Positions 26,445 through 38,702 of a DNA stretch of 64,000 bases are shown here, piece after piece. Below the pieces are notes generated by a model. It searched no databases. It had not been told where the DNA came from and saw only the letters and a program-made list of their open reading frames with translations. The stretch's first letter is position 1, and each line of letters opens with the position of its first letter. The translations under genes were made by a program, and so were the position numbers. The DNA is from Takakia lepidozioides (taxonomy: Eukaryota > Plantae > Bryophyta), in assembly GCA_030704615.1 (NCBI GenBank), contig CM060731.1:1302001-1366000 (forward strand), given 5' to 3'.

Positions 26445-28715
26445 TACTTTCATGCAATTAAATCCGTAGTCCCTGCTAAAGGCAGGGCCAATAAAAGGGT
26501 TGTGTGTTCCAACTTACAACCCTAGAGCATGTCAATGTAGTTTATATCTTAACTTTTACTACAAGGTTGTGCATATTATCAAACAAACCACTAAATTAAT
26601 CATAGGCTTGGAAGTCACTTTCGCTGGCTTAATCCTCTCAAAGTTTCTAGGGTTTGTGCTCCATAGGGTTTATTTTCTTCTCGTCTTCTAGAGATCCATC
26701 TCATGATCAATATTATAGCATCTCAACTTCTTTATGTTCTATTGCACGTGCATATCTCTTGCTTTTGTCCGAGTCATGATGGACGTTAATGTCGTCGTCG
26801 TCAAACTTTGAGCCTTAAACTAAATATGAAGGATCTTTTTTGGTGAAGAGTTTTGCCGCCATGGTATAACTCAATATTCTCAAAATTGTAAAATTTTTAC
26901 TCCATTAGGATTGTGACCAAAATGAGGGATTTCGGTCCTAGAAAATAAACTTCGTTATCAGACTTTATTTAAAAAATAATATGAATAATACATGCGTCAA
27001 ATGGTGATGATGATGTGGATGCTCTACACTAAAACTAGTGTCCGACTTTCAACTGTCACTAAAAATTAATAGTGAGTCTGGGGTAAACCATAACAGGGGG
27101 TGGTGAAGAATTGATAAAATGCTACAAGAACAGCCGACAAGTCACAAACACTATTTTAATTATCCTTTCTCAATATCCTTGAATGGATTCAAGGATATTC
27201 TTGGTCGCTCACACCTCAGACCACAGTAAAGTTCCAGGATTTCATCCTCTTCTTCCACATCTAGCACTATATGTGGATGGATTCCATCTCCGTGATGATT
27301 CTTGGACCAATTTGTTTTCGGCCAGAATCCCTCAAGAAGCTGAATACGCTCGGGAGCTTCTGGAATTGGTTTATCCAGCTCGGCGAGAATGTTTCCCCAG
27401 TACTGGTCGTATTGTTCCATTCGACCTCTGTAATGATCGTCAAACATCATTCATTTCGTCCAAAAATCCCTGTATTTTTTTATTCCATTCTTAATGAATG
27501 ACTGTTTTTCAGAGGAGTCGTCCCCGACTCCCCAGATAGGTCTCATTGGAACGGCGTCTGGGTCTCTTTCAGGGAGCTTGGGAGTCCCGTCCGGATTGGA
27601 CTTCCACATCTTCACGCTATTGTTTGTTGGAAGCCAATCTGAATCAGTAGCGGACTTCTTGTACTTCATGACGGGCCAGCCCTCAGCATCCTTAAAAAAG
27701 CGGAAGACGTGCATCTCCGAAATCCCGACCAATGCCTCATTTCCATCCAGAATACAGCCCTTGACCAAATTCTTGAAGTCGGGAACCTCCTGAATAATCT
27801 GTGGAATGAACTGCAGATCTTGCGAGGTCATAAAAGACACATCAAATCCGAAAGAATGTAGGTGCTTCGTTCCTTCAGCTTCTTCGATAGATAGCTGAAG
27901 AACCCGTCGATGTCCTCATGGGTGTGTCCGACCATTAGGAACCCTAGCTGGATTTCTTCAAAAACATCTTTGGCGGTCAGGAGGGATAGAAAAGCAAGCA
28001 TCCATCTGTTCTTATTGTCCTTCGCGGAGTTGTCCATTTGCAAGTACAGTCTTCTCGCAACGACGCAATGGCGTGAGCGTTGCACGTGAGCGCGCGAGCG
28101 CGCGAGCGTACGCTCACGCAGGAGTGACGTGGCGTGAGCGTACGCTCACGCCAGCTGACGTGGCGTGAGCCTGCACACATGCTGACGTGGCGTGAGCGTC
28201 ATGTCAGCATGCTGATGTGGCGGTAAATGATGACGTGGCACTGTCCGTCAACTGCCACGTCAGCATTAACATGCGCCGCCTATAACCGTGGATGGTCCTA
28301 TGACCGTGGAATTAATGCAGGGAATCTTGCCTAAATAGAATCAAGACGAGCGTTGAGGCCTACAATTGCAGCATCCAACATTGTGCAATTACAAATGTTT
28401 GTTTCACTTTTACAATTACGAAGACGACAAAATATCCTCACAAAGTGTGCGCCATAAAGGCTGCCACGAGAAGACTTCCTCCCTCCTCAAATAACAATGA
28501 GAGTTATGATCATCTTCAAAAGATGATTGTAGTGCATAGCGACAGCAAGACATGTAGACTTCGAACGGTGCAATGACAAATGTGCACTACCTAAAAGTTG
28601 TCACTCAGACCTCACTCCGTATAGTTGGAGGCCATATCATTGCACAGCCGACGAATTGATGTGAATTACACATTTCAAATCATGGTCATCCACATACCAC
28701 ATTACATAGTTCATG

Positions 28716-31700
28716 CTACCCATGTGTTGTATCCCGCTGCAAAAGAGTATCGACCTCGTTGAAACTCATAGTGGCCTGGTGAATGAAGTTGTCACGTTTG
28801 GGATCGCAAACCATCCTCCTCAAAAATATGAAATACAAATGTTTGCAGGGTATGAATTTACCTCTCTTGCCCAAACTGGTTGATAGCATATTCACAAAAT
28901 CAGGACATGTGCAATTGGGGAAATTGGAAACCGTGATGTCGTAGGTCCTGTCATGAACAGCAGATGTGGAAGTGATGATTGTGAATACCCGACCATATCC
29001 TGGATCGGGTACTTCCGTGGTGCTTCCAACACGAGCTTGGAGCATTCTTGCGGACTCCACTTTGCCAAAGTGTTCAGCGGTTGGAGGGAAACGCCGAACG
29101 AGCTTTCCATCTCGTTTGGTTGGCCACAAGTCAGGATTTGCCGGGGGGACCCGGGAGGACGCAGGAGTAGTAGCACATGCATGGAGTTGGGGTTGTCTCG
29201 CAAGGGAAAAACCTGCCTCCTCCAGCATTTCAATCTCCTGAAAGCTGAGATGTGTTCCCACCTTCACGGGCCAAACGGTTGGAGGAGATGGCTTCATCAC
29301 TACGGAAGGACGCACAGTTCCATGCACACATCTGGCACAATCATCTGCGCAGAACCAGAACTTGTGGTTCTTGGCTTCTGGTTGACCGTATGGACGCATC
29401 AAGCCCGTGAAAGTCGGAGCAGGAGTTCGGGCACCACCTCTGGATATAGATGAAGTGCACTTCTCGAAATTAGTTGCCCTGATCGCTGTACATTTCACAC
29501 GAGACCCGACACTTGTGCGTTCTATGTGCCAAACGTGGTCGGGGCATGCGGACTCAAGCACATCAAGGGGTTGTTTCTCTCCTGCACCATTTCAGTGGCA
29601 CGGTTTGATGCTGGAGCTTGCCGTCGTGTTGGAGGTTCCTCCACAATGGAGGTTCCGGACACGGAGCTGTCATGCAGGGGAACACGAGGCTTCGAGAAGT
29701 TATCACGGTCTGCCCTGTGGGAATCTGAATCCGAACCAGGTGGAGTGTTCAATTTCCTCTTACAGGAGCCGAATCTCTCCTCCCCTTCAAGATGTGGAAC
29801 TCTAGAAACAAGTGGCGTTCCCTGGGCATACATGCTCACCGCCCGTGCTATCTTGATTGGATCCCCAGATCTGTTTGCAGCACGCAACATCAACTCCGAT
29901 TTGTCCGGACCCTTGCCACCAACCCCACCTCGTAAGAAATCACGGTATCGGGTTTGTTGTTGCAAGGCACGTATCAAATCATCTGTTGTTGCCACATACA
30001 AATCCCGACCTCTTTTCCCAGACTGCTGCAACCATGCATTGTGCACAGTTTCTGCCAAATTGCAAGATGGCATGTCTGCCATTTCCTCAATGGACATGTT
30101 CTGCAAAGAGGATAACCACACTTCAGAATAGTGCACAGGAAACAACATAAAGAAAGCAACAAAAATATGGAAAGCAAATGTATGAATAAAGCATGAAATA
30201 GAAGCCTCGTACCATTGTCATGGCTGCTCCCCACTGTCTATACCGGAAGTGCCAAAACGCCAGCCAATCTTCCAATGCTCTCATACTCTCAAGTGATGCA
30301 GCTCCAGAAGAGAACCACCAGGCACGAATTGTCTGGAACAAAGTGTCCGCCTCCTTCATTGTTCTAGCATCTTTGTACTCTTTGCACAATTTACGGTGCT
30401 GAGTCTGCATCTCTGGTTTGATGTCCGACTTTGTATGTTTTTCCAGAGATTGTGTCCAATGGAATAGACATGTACGCTCTCTTCCTGGCATAGGCACTTT
30501 TGGGTCGCCCGATCCGAAGACAATACGAATAGCATTGAAATTTGCTTGAGCACTATCCGCCATGAAACCTGCGAAATTTGGAGATGGCAGCCCATGACAC
30601 GTATCAGGGAATTTCACATGAGCTTCTGGGATTCCGTATCCTCGGATTGCATGTCACAAACTGCAATTGTCATAACTCGTTGGTACACTGGATCGTAGAC
30701 ATGACAAGCCATTGTCGTCCAATCCTTCACTCGTTTCAATCAAACATAAGAAAACAGTTCTGCAAGTCCCCAGTCTTCTGCATCCGCTTCACGAGGCTAA
30801 CCCCACTGCCCTCCCCAACAGTCGACATTTTGAAAAGAAAAACTTTGATGGCACCTTGACCTGGGAATACATTGTCCTGGATGTAATCGTACTTGCTCAG
30901 TCGTTTCAATTCCAAAATATTGTCTATGTAGCCTCTGATCCCAGAGCCCATTCTCAATGCATTGATCTGATGCCGAATGTTAGGTGAACTTAAAGTGGAG
31001 AAATGATCCATGACCAGGTCCAATGCTGCACCGTCAAGTTTAGTCCCCACAGAATCTCCTTCACTCAAAATATGGCTTTCCAAGAAGGACTTGCTTGCGC
31101 CAAGAGCAATTGCAGATGTTGTTGCGGATGGGTTTCTCCCGAACTCCTGTTTGATCAACCTCGATACTGTCTCAACACTCTCCCTGTAATCCCCCTTCGA
31201 GACAGGATGGTTATGGAATCCAAAATGCACACAAGCTCTCGTCATTGTATTCAAACGGTGGACAACATAGTACATTCTTGCTCCGCAGAGCGCCAAGCAG
31301 GATGGCACAAGTTTGCAGAATTTGCAGACGAAAGTGTTTGCCGGTGGAGGGGCAGTCCCAGGCTGAAATGGATTCTCTGCCAGACCCTCCCATTCGCTTT
31401 GATTATGAACTCCAGACTGAAGAAAGTGTCTGCAATTCAAATTATCACACCTAAGGTGTCCATTGCAAACTGTCCTCCTGAAAACAAGCTTGTCATCATT
31501 CTGAATATTGGATGTTTTTGTTCTGCACCACGGGTGCCCGTCGTGTTTCTTGTCCATTCCATGCATCATGATTGTTACACCTCCAACTCGCGGAGGAGGA
31601 GGCAGCTCGAATAGGATATCGCCATCAAAAGTCTCCGGCAAGAACTTCACAGGCACCTGCTTCAAAGATTCCCAATCAATTCCCCGCAACTCGCTTTTGA

Positions 31701-32210
31701 ATCCAGCCATTCCTCCCATCGCCCGCAATTTTGGAATGACACTACAAATCTCTTCTTCATCAGCTTCTGCAACCACAGTAGGAAGGACTGGATTTGGAAT
31801 TTCACTTATGTCATCATCGGAAGAATCCGAAAGCTCAACGATTGGAGTGGAGGACGTCTGTTCTTTTTCACCACCACCTCCCTCTTGTCTTCAACGACCG
31901 AAGCAGCAGTCCCGGGCGTCACATATGACCCAAGGGACTTTCGCCGAGGCTCTCCAAGTACTCTGTATCGACCAGGACGCACTCTCCACTGGCTGATATG
32001 AGCCGTCTCATCACGGTTTTGGAAAGAATATTTCACCAACTTCCCTTTCAGATCGTAAACCTCTTTCTCCAAAAAGATGGAGCCATTCTGCAGCTGAAAA
32101 CGGGTAGCCAAGACATGTTCCAGAACAATTGCAAATCCATTGTCAAGGACTTCCTGGGAGAACGGCACTGGTTTGTCGTCTGAGAAGAACTCCGCTTCAG
32201 AGGAAGCCAT
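28716..32210 (-). pseudogene. MULE transposase: GCM/WRKY-like Zn domain + DDE core + SWIM finger (frameshifted)
   Basis: Zn domain WCRTKTSN...VCNGHLRCDNLNC...CKFC...CGAR...HFGFHNHP. Core motifs FLMFD, FMADSAQANFNAIRIVF, RTCLFHW (CxxH) and CNLAETVHNAW (catalytic E). SWIM finger PNCTCPDF...PCKHLY. Frameshifts near 31850, 30740 and 29600, and one intron near 30100-30210. Confidence 0.88.
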
Positions 32211-33065
32211 CTTCCTTCCTCGAGTATGTTTGTACCTTGCTATCGCAGATCTAGTGTAAATCGGTTTACTGCTGTCTCCAGAACACAGTTGAAGAATGAG
32301 CAGAGCATATGGCGGAGGAAGCTCAGATAACGACTGTGCATATTCTGTTATTCATTCCAGATATGCAGCCGTCCATTTTAATTACTTTTCTTGTGGGCCC
32401 AGTGGTCAGAGAATCCATAGGGGCAGTGTCGGCAACTGTTAAACCGTTAATCAGAACCTCATCAATAAACCCAATAACAAAGCCGACTTCCTGGAAGCAT
32501 GCCACAGGATCCGAGAATGGGATTGCAGATTAAGTAAATGTATCTATATACTACTACCAATGATCATGCGCACCTGGAAAGTTCCAAATGTGCAACGAAT
32601 GTGGGGTTTGGATAACAAGGATGACCGTGTATGATATTCCAAAATTTGTCATCAAACTCTCGTTCATTTATATTTATTTGTTTAAGACTGCGCATCAATT
32701 TCTGGGATTCGCTGTTCTTTTTAAATATTGAACCAGTTATAATTTAGAACACGCCGTTTTGTTTTGGGCGGCACACGTCAGACATCCATAACTGAATACG
32801 AACAGCTGTACACCAATTGCTGGCATGTGCACTAATATCGAAACGACTATGTGTAACGGTCACGCGGGAGGGAATCCGATGCTTCTAGAGACACGCAAGA
32901 ACACAGGTTATCCCGCAAGAAATCGGGAGTCACTGCGTTTTTCTACTTTTCGCGCTTAGAGGGAGAGTGGTAGTCAAGCTGGAGAGGGTTCCTTCTAGAA
33001 TACGAAAGAGAAGAAAGTCTCTTTATTTTACTTCCCTTAGAGAGAGACGCAGAGCAAGAGAGAAA

Positions 33066-36000
33066 ATGACGAGGCGTCGTTTGTTGGAGAACACAGGGCC
33101 AAGGCAGCAGGTGAACGCGGAGACTGATTCACAAGAGCAGACGGAGACTGAGGCAGCGGCTGCGACACAGCCGGCGATAAGAGTGCGCCAGCCTGTGGAG
33201 GCAGAGATGAATCGCAGGGACACTGAAGAAGGTGGAAGCACGCGGAACGCCGAACCTGAAGAAGGTCAAGAAACCCTTGCGCAGACAGAAACTCCAGCAG
33301 ATGTGAGAGGGAAGAGGAAAGCTGCAGAAGGGGATCAAAGTTCAAAACCTAAGAAGGTGCCAGTAAGTTTTATCATATAGTCTATGTGATTGCCTTTCAA
33401 GGAGTCCTTCCTCTTCCATTCTTTAGCAGGAACTACTGAATCGCGAGCGTCGTTAACGCCATTCGATTCTGCTCATGAGATTTATGTACCTATGTGTTTG
33501 AAGAGAGAGTCTGCACTTACTATTCTCCCTAAACTATACTGAATGTCGTTGCCGCCAATCAGTTGCACATATATGTCATTTCACAACACCGATCCGGCAG
33601 GTTGTTATCTTTTGTGATTGTCGTTAACGCCGTTCGCTATCGCTCTCACTTTTGTTTTGAATACGGCAGTCTCGGCTTTGCATCTGTAGATTGTGCTGAA
33701 TTCTTTCACACCATTCATGGTGAGTTTCCTTGATACAGAGTGATTGTCGTTACCGCCATTCACTATTTGCAAATGACTTAGTCAGAACTGAATGGCATCG
33801 TGCAGAAAACTGTGAGGTCGAAGCCTACAGGATCAGAGGGGAAAGGATCTGGAGATGGGGACGAGTCCGCAAAAAGCTCAGAGAATACAGATGAAGCAGA
33901 TGAATCCGAAGTGCACTACCTTGACAAGGTGAAAGAACTCATGTCATTCCAGAAGGTAAACTCTCAGGAGGTTATAAGGGACATGCTCGTATCTGGAGGG
34001 CGTCTGGACATACCTCTGTGCCGGATGATATCAATGCCTGTTGTGCGTCCACCTCTTTCCCATGACATAACAAAATTGGAGAGTGATTTTGTGCATGGAT
34101 ATAGACTTGGTGCACAAGTTTTTTATGTGTCCCTGACGGATATAAATGGGAAAAGCACATTAGTTTCTCCAGAGATCAGTGATAACTGGGATGAGTGCTG
34201 GAAAGATGCCAATGAGGAGTTCGAGCTGGGCCTCATGATGGGAAAGAACACCCAGCAATTTTGCAACCACATGTTCTACGTCTGGGACGGCAACCACCGA
34301 TTGCTGGCATGGATGGGATACATTCAGAAACACCATTCGAAAGACAAAGACAAGCATGTTGCTGTGGAGGCAATGGTTTTGGATCCAGGAAACGACATCG
34401 CTAGGCTTCTTACAGCTATGCACGACGTGAACAAGTAAGTCATCCAGGAGATTTGATTCCCTCTGTAGTGTCTTGTTGATCCTCAAAAAACAGTGTTAAG
34501 GAATGCAATGTTTTCAATGTTTTTGCAGATCGACAGAGAAATCGCATGTGACAACAAGCTTGGTTCACACACTATTCCGAATTCAAAGGATTGGTCTGAT
34601 GAAGCTGGATGATTTTCGGACAGTACTACCACCCAATATCATCAAGAAATGCGAAACAGGAAGAGCTGCAGGCACTTGGTATTCTTTGACACGAGAGGCG
34701 TTTCTGGAGTACATGTATGCGGTAAGCCCGAGTCTGTAATCTGTTTACTTTTCGAATACATGTTTAGAGTCCCTTCGGAGCTAATCACTACTTGAATGAA
34801 TGCAGCAAGAACTGGCAGAGGCAGCTGAGAAGGGAAAATCCGAATATTACCGCACTACACCAGAGGAACTAAGGACATCAAAGGGTGTGGAAGCTGCAAT
34901 AAAGAAGGAGTTTGAGATGCGAAGAACCAAATTGATGTCAGCCTTCGGAAAGCAGCTTAGAATAGTAGATCCTGGACTTGGTCCTGAGTTCCTTCAGCAG
35001 ATCAAAACACACTATGACAAGCATGTGCATCCGGAGATGCAGCAGGAGAAATTGCACCGGCTGGCCATATCGATGGTCGACCCACAAACAAAAATAAGGT
35101 GGCTGGAGATATGGAACTCAGATCAAACAGTAAAGGACTTGAATCAGTTCCCAAAGAGCACCATACAGCCTGGCACAAAGGTGGAAGGAATCAGTGATTT
35201 GGTGTTTGATAACTGGCTCCACAAGGCTACATTTTGGAGTCAGGTGTGTATTCGAACATGCTGTTTCTTCTCTTCAAGTATGTGATGTGTTTCTTTTTTG
35301 CAATTCTGACAAATATACTATTTGCAGCTCGAAAAGCGCGCCGTCATTGTGCTGGATCAGACTTTGAAGGACCTGAACATTGCGATTGTTTCCCCTCCCC
35401 AAATGTCATTGGAGGCATACATAAGGAAGTGGAGAGGTCTCACCTGGAGATACTGTTTTTTCCGGGAGTTCTCCAAAGATGGTAACATTTTACGGTCCAA
35501 CGACTTTGACAGTCAGGTTGGAGGAGAGTGGGCCATGATGCGAGTTGTGTACAGGTGAAATGTCATACTTGAAACTCTACTGTTTTTTTGGGAAAAATTG
35601 TGGCTTCATATGGATTGCAATCTTAGATCCAGATTGAATGTCGTTGACGACATTCACTTCTTTGTCTGAGTCATTCTTAAGCGAGTATATGAATTCACCT
35701 GGTTAGGATCTAAGGGTGCAATTATATTGTCCCTGATTAGAATTGATAATGTCCTTGAATGGCGTTGACGACATTCACATACGGAGTTGTTGTGTGGTCC
35801 TCAAGGTTATTTAAATTTTTGTAATGTCCATAGAGGTTACAATGAGGGTTGATCACTTCATTTTGCTGAATGTCAATGCAGACATTCAGTTGTTCTGCAT
35901 TGTTTTTTCCTCTTGCGATGAATATGGAGGCTTGATAAGCTCTGTTTTAAGAAATCCAAAGTGAATGTCGTTGACGACATTCACAGCTGTGTCTGTATTA

Positions 36001-38702
36001 TTCAAAAACGACAAATTCAATTTTCATGGATTGGGGAGCTAAGTAATTGGTTTCTTTTTTGTATTTTTGTGAATGGCGTTGACGCCATTCACATACAGTG
36101 ATGTTGTGAGGTCCTCAGTGATAGGTTCGTTATGAATGTGCATTGAGTTTTCCTGGATGGTTCCTTACACAATTTTTTTATTTCCATCCTGTGATTTTGC
36201 TTCATTTCAGTAATAATTTGGCTTCATTCTTGAATGTCGTTGACGACATTCACTTCTATGTCTGTGTCATTTCTAATCGCTTATTTGCATTCACCTGGAT
36301 TAGGATGTATTTACAGTGTCATGGAATGGAATGTTCTGAATGGCGTTGACGACATTCATATCTGGAGCAGTAGTGTGGTCCTGAAAGGTCCTTGGAGCAG
36401 TTGTCAGAGCCATTTCAATCCATGTTTTATTCTTTCTGTTCTACTTGCATCTTACTCACTGAGCGCTTTTGTGGGTTGGGATTCATCTCCTTTTTTCAGG
36501 TACACGAAATATGTGCTTATGGAAGGAAATCACCTGAGCGGAATTCCCGACTATCTTGACATGTGGTCGGACCCTGCAAACGATCCAACCATGTATACTG
36601 CAGGGATATTGAAGGACTGGAGTCCTTCTCACTTCAGAGACTGTGGGTGGTACCTTGACTGCCCACCTGAGCACACGACCTTTCAAGAACAGCATATGAA
36701 ATACTTGAACAATAACGCTGAGATGCTGGCGCCTTTGACTGACGAAGAGTATCAACGAAACATACAACCTTGGCTGCCAAGGAGCCTGATGCTCAGGGAA
36801 CGCCGCAGAAGGGAAAGAAGGCGGGCCGCAAACCAAAAGACAAGGCTGTTGATGTCATAGCCATCTCACCAGCAAAGCCAAAGGACAAAGACAAGTCCAA
36901 AGAGAAGGAAAAGGACAAGGGGAAGGAGAATGAAAAGGAGATGAAGAGTGGGCAGGACTTTACTGCTGGAAGATATACCCGCACTCTTCAGTGCGTGTTC
37001 GATGCCAAGCCACACCCTTCCCGTTCTGATTCAGCAGGAGAGATGAAAATTGTTAATGAGGGTTGGCTTTCGATGATGCAGAGTCGAAAGAGAGGATACA
37101 CTGGGGTGTCATCCCCTACCTGGGACAATATAATCTCATTCCTCAATCTGGTGAGAATTCCATTTTCTTTCCTTTTTCTCTGAATGTTTCGTTGGCAGTA
37201 TTTCAGTCTCGTTCTTTGAAAACATTCTTGCCATCGTTCTTATAAAAAACATGTCTGTTGCAGGTGAGCACAGGTCCCACCTTCGTGTGCGGTGTGCAGA
37301 AAACTTATGCGGCCGACATTGTCATTCTCGACATCCCGGATGGCCAGGCTGTGCCAGAAGTTCTTCCAAAGGGCAAGACGCCAGGGTGGAACAAATTCGA
37401 GGACAACTACTGGAGTTGGGTATTCGGGTTCTGTAACAATTTCCTCTCTGATGCAGGGACACTTCTGCTTTTTCAGTCATGTGACAATGATAGTCATCGG
37501 GCATTGGCATCATACCTCAAGTCTTCAGGGTTTGAAGTTTTGCGCACATGGAATTGTGTGAACAGCCTCTACCTTGTGAAAGGCGGTTTCCCTGGTCAGC
37601 TGGTATGCCGTCTGCCTTCTGCTTATGCTTTGATCATGAGTTTCAATTTTCTCTGCAGCTCCACTCTAGTAGAATGTTTTATGATCGACACCGATCATCA
37701 ACGATTCATGGTTTTTTGGTGTCAGAGTTCTGAATAGCCGATGTACACACTTCCACTTTAGATTGTGTTTACCACACTAACCTGCTATCTTTGGCAGACG
37801 AGGATGTTCGAGGCGATCTGCCTGCGGAGGATTCGCACATCAAAGACACCATCCTCCATCCGCAGCTTTGAGATTTCTGACCAAGGTTGTTTCGTCAACC
37901 CCCCCTATGAGCCCCATGTCGATGACATTTTGTACAACTTCATGCAGTCCAGTCAGACTCTGAAGAGACCAGATGGCACTCCCTGGAGAGGTGCAAAGGA
38001 AAAGTCACCAGCATTCATGCAAATACTGCTGGAGTCATGCAGCCACCGCTCTGCACGGGTTGTCGATCTTTCTGTGTCCACAGGTTCGTTTTCTCCCTTC
38101 CGAATTGGTTTCCTTTCAACAGTTTCATCTGCTTAAATCCCCTCCTCCAAACTGTTTATGTTCTCCTGTCTGGTGCAGGAGCAACTTACCACGCATGCAA
38201 GGCAGGCGGAAGAAGCCTTTTTGGTATGGAGGGTGATTCTGACCTCTACAACACAGTGCTCCTCCCCCTTTTGTCTGGCTCCACTTCAGGCACACATACT
38301 GATCGGATTCATATTCGAAATGATGACGATCCCGAAGATAAGCAGGTCGACAACGACTTTTCATGTGAGTAAGTGCTAAACCCTCTTTGGGAGTCATACT
38401 CAATTTCTCGATAACATCAAAGTTACAGTAATAACTTTTTCAGGCTGTCTTTCAGGAAAGCCAGCGGTGGATCTTCAGGAGATACAGTCATTTCTGGCGA
38501 GTCTGTTTTCGACAGCCCCCTTTCCAATTTTCTGCTCCCTGTTTATGCCGAAGCAATGGCACTTCACGCGTCCGAGTCCCTATCCCCTGACTTTTTAGTG
38601 GCCAGCCGTAGGTGTATTCCGCGTGGATCCGGTGTTCTAAAATACTTAGACTTAGATGCAGAGGAAGAGGGGATACATTGTACTGACTCTGAGTCAGACT
38701 GA
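33066..38702 (+). CDS. ParB/Srx-like domain fused to beta-class N4C/N6A DNA methyltransferase-like domain (10 exons, one apparent frameshift near 36780)
   Basis: Phase-consistent GT-AG exons: 33066-33362, 33806-34434, 34529-34721, 34806-35243, 35328-35554, 36500-37150, 37264-37602, 37798-38083, 38179-38368, 38444-38702. ParB-like motifs VVRPPLSHDITKLESDFVHGY and FYVWDGNHRLLAW. MTase-like motifs in beta order: ADIVILDIPDG (IV position), FLSDAGTLLLF, TRMFEAICLRR, PWRGAKEKSPAFMQILLESCS...RVVDLSVSTGATYHACKAGGRSLFGMEGDSDLY (X-I-II). Confidence 0.8.
33445..33762. repeat. Degenerate copies of the 22-bp palindrome in intron 1 of the ParB-MTase gene
   Basis: gagcgtcgttaacgccattc (33445), tgaatgtcgttgccgccaatca (33540), tgattgtcgttaacgccgttcg (33615), tgattgtcgttaccgccattca (33741). 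Confidence 0.75.
35635..36358. repeat. Array of seven 22-bp palindromes TGAATG(T/G)CGT-TG-ACG(A/C)CATTCA in intron 5 of the ParB-MTase gene
   Basis: Copies start at 35635, 35756, 35867 (degenerate centre), 35962, 36070, 36231 and 36337, with start-to-start spacing of 95-161 bp. Confidence 0.93.

Noticed and set aside
35635-36358. CRISPR-like appearance (palindromic repeats with spacers)
   Set aside because: Spacers are 73-139 bp, unequal and partly homologous to each other (tandem duplication). The array is in a spliceosomal intron and no cas-like ORFs are present.
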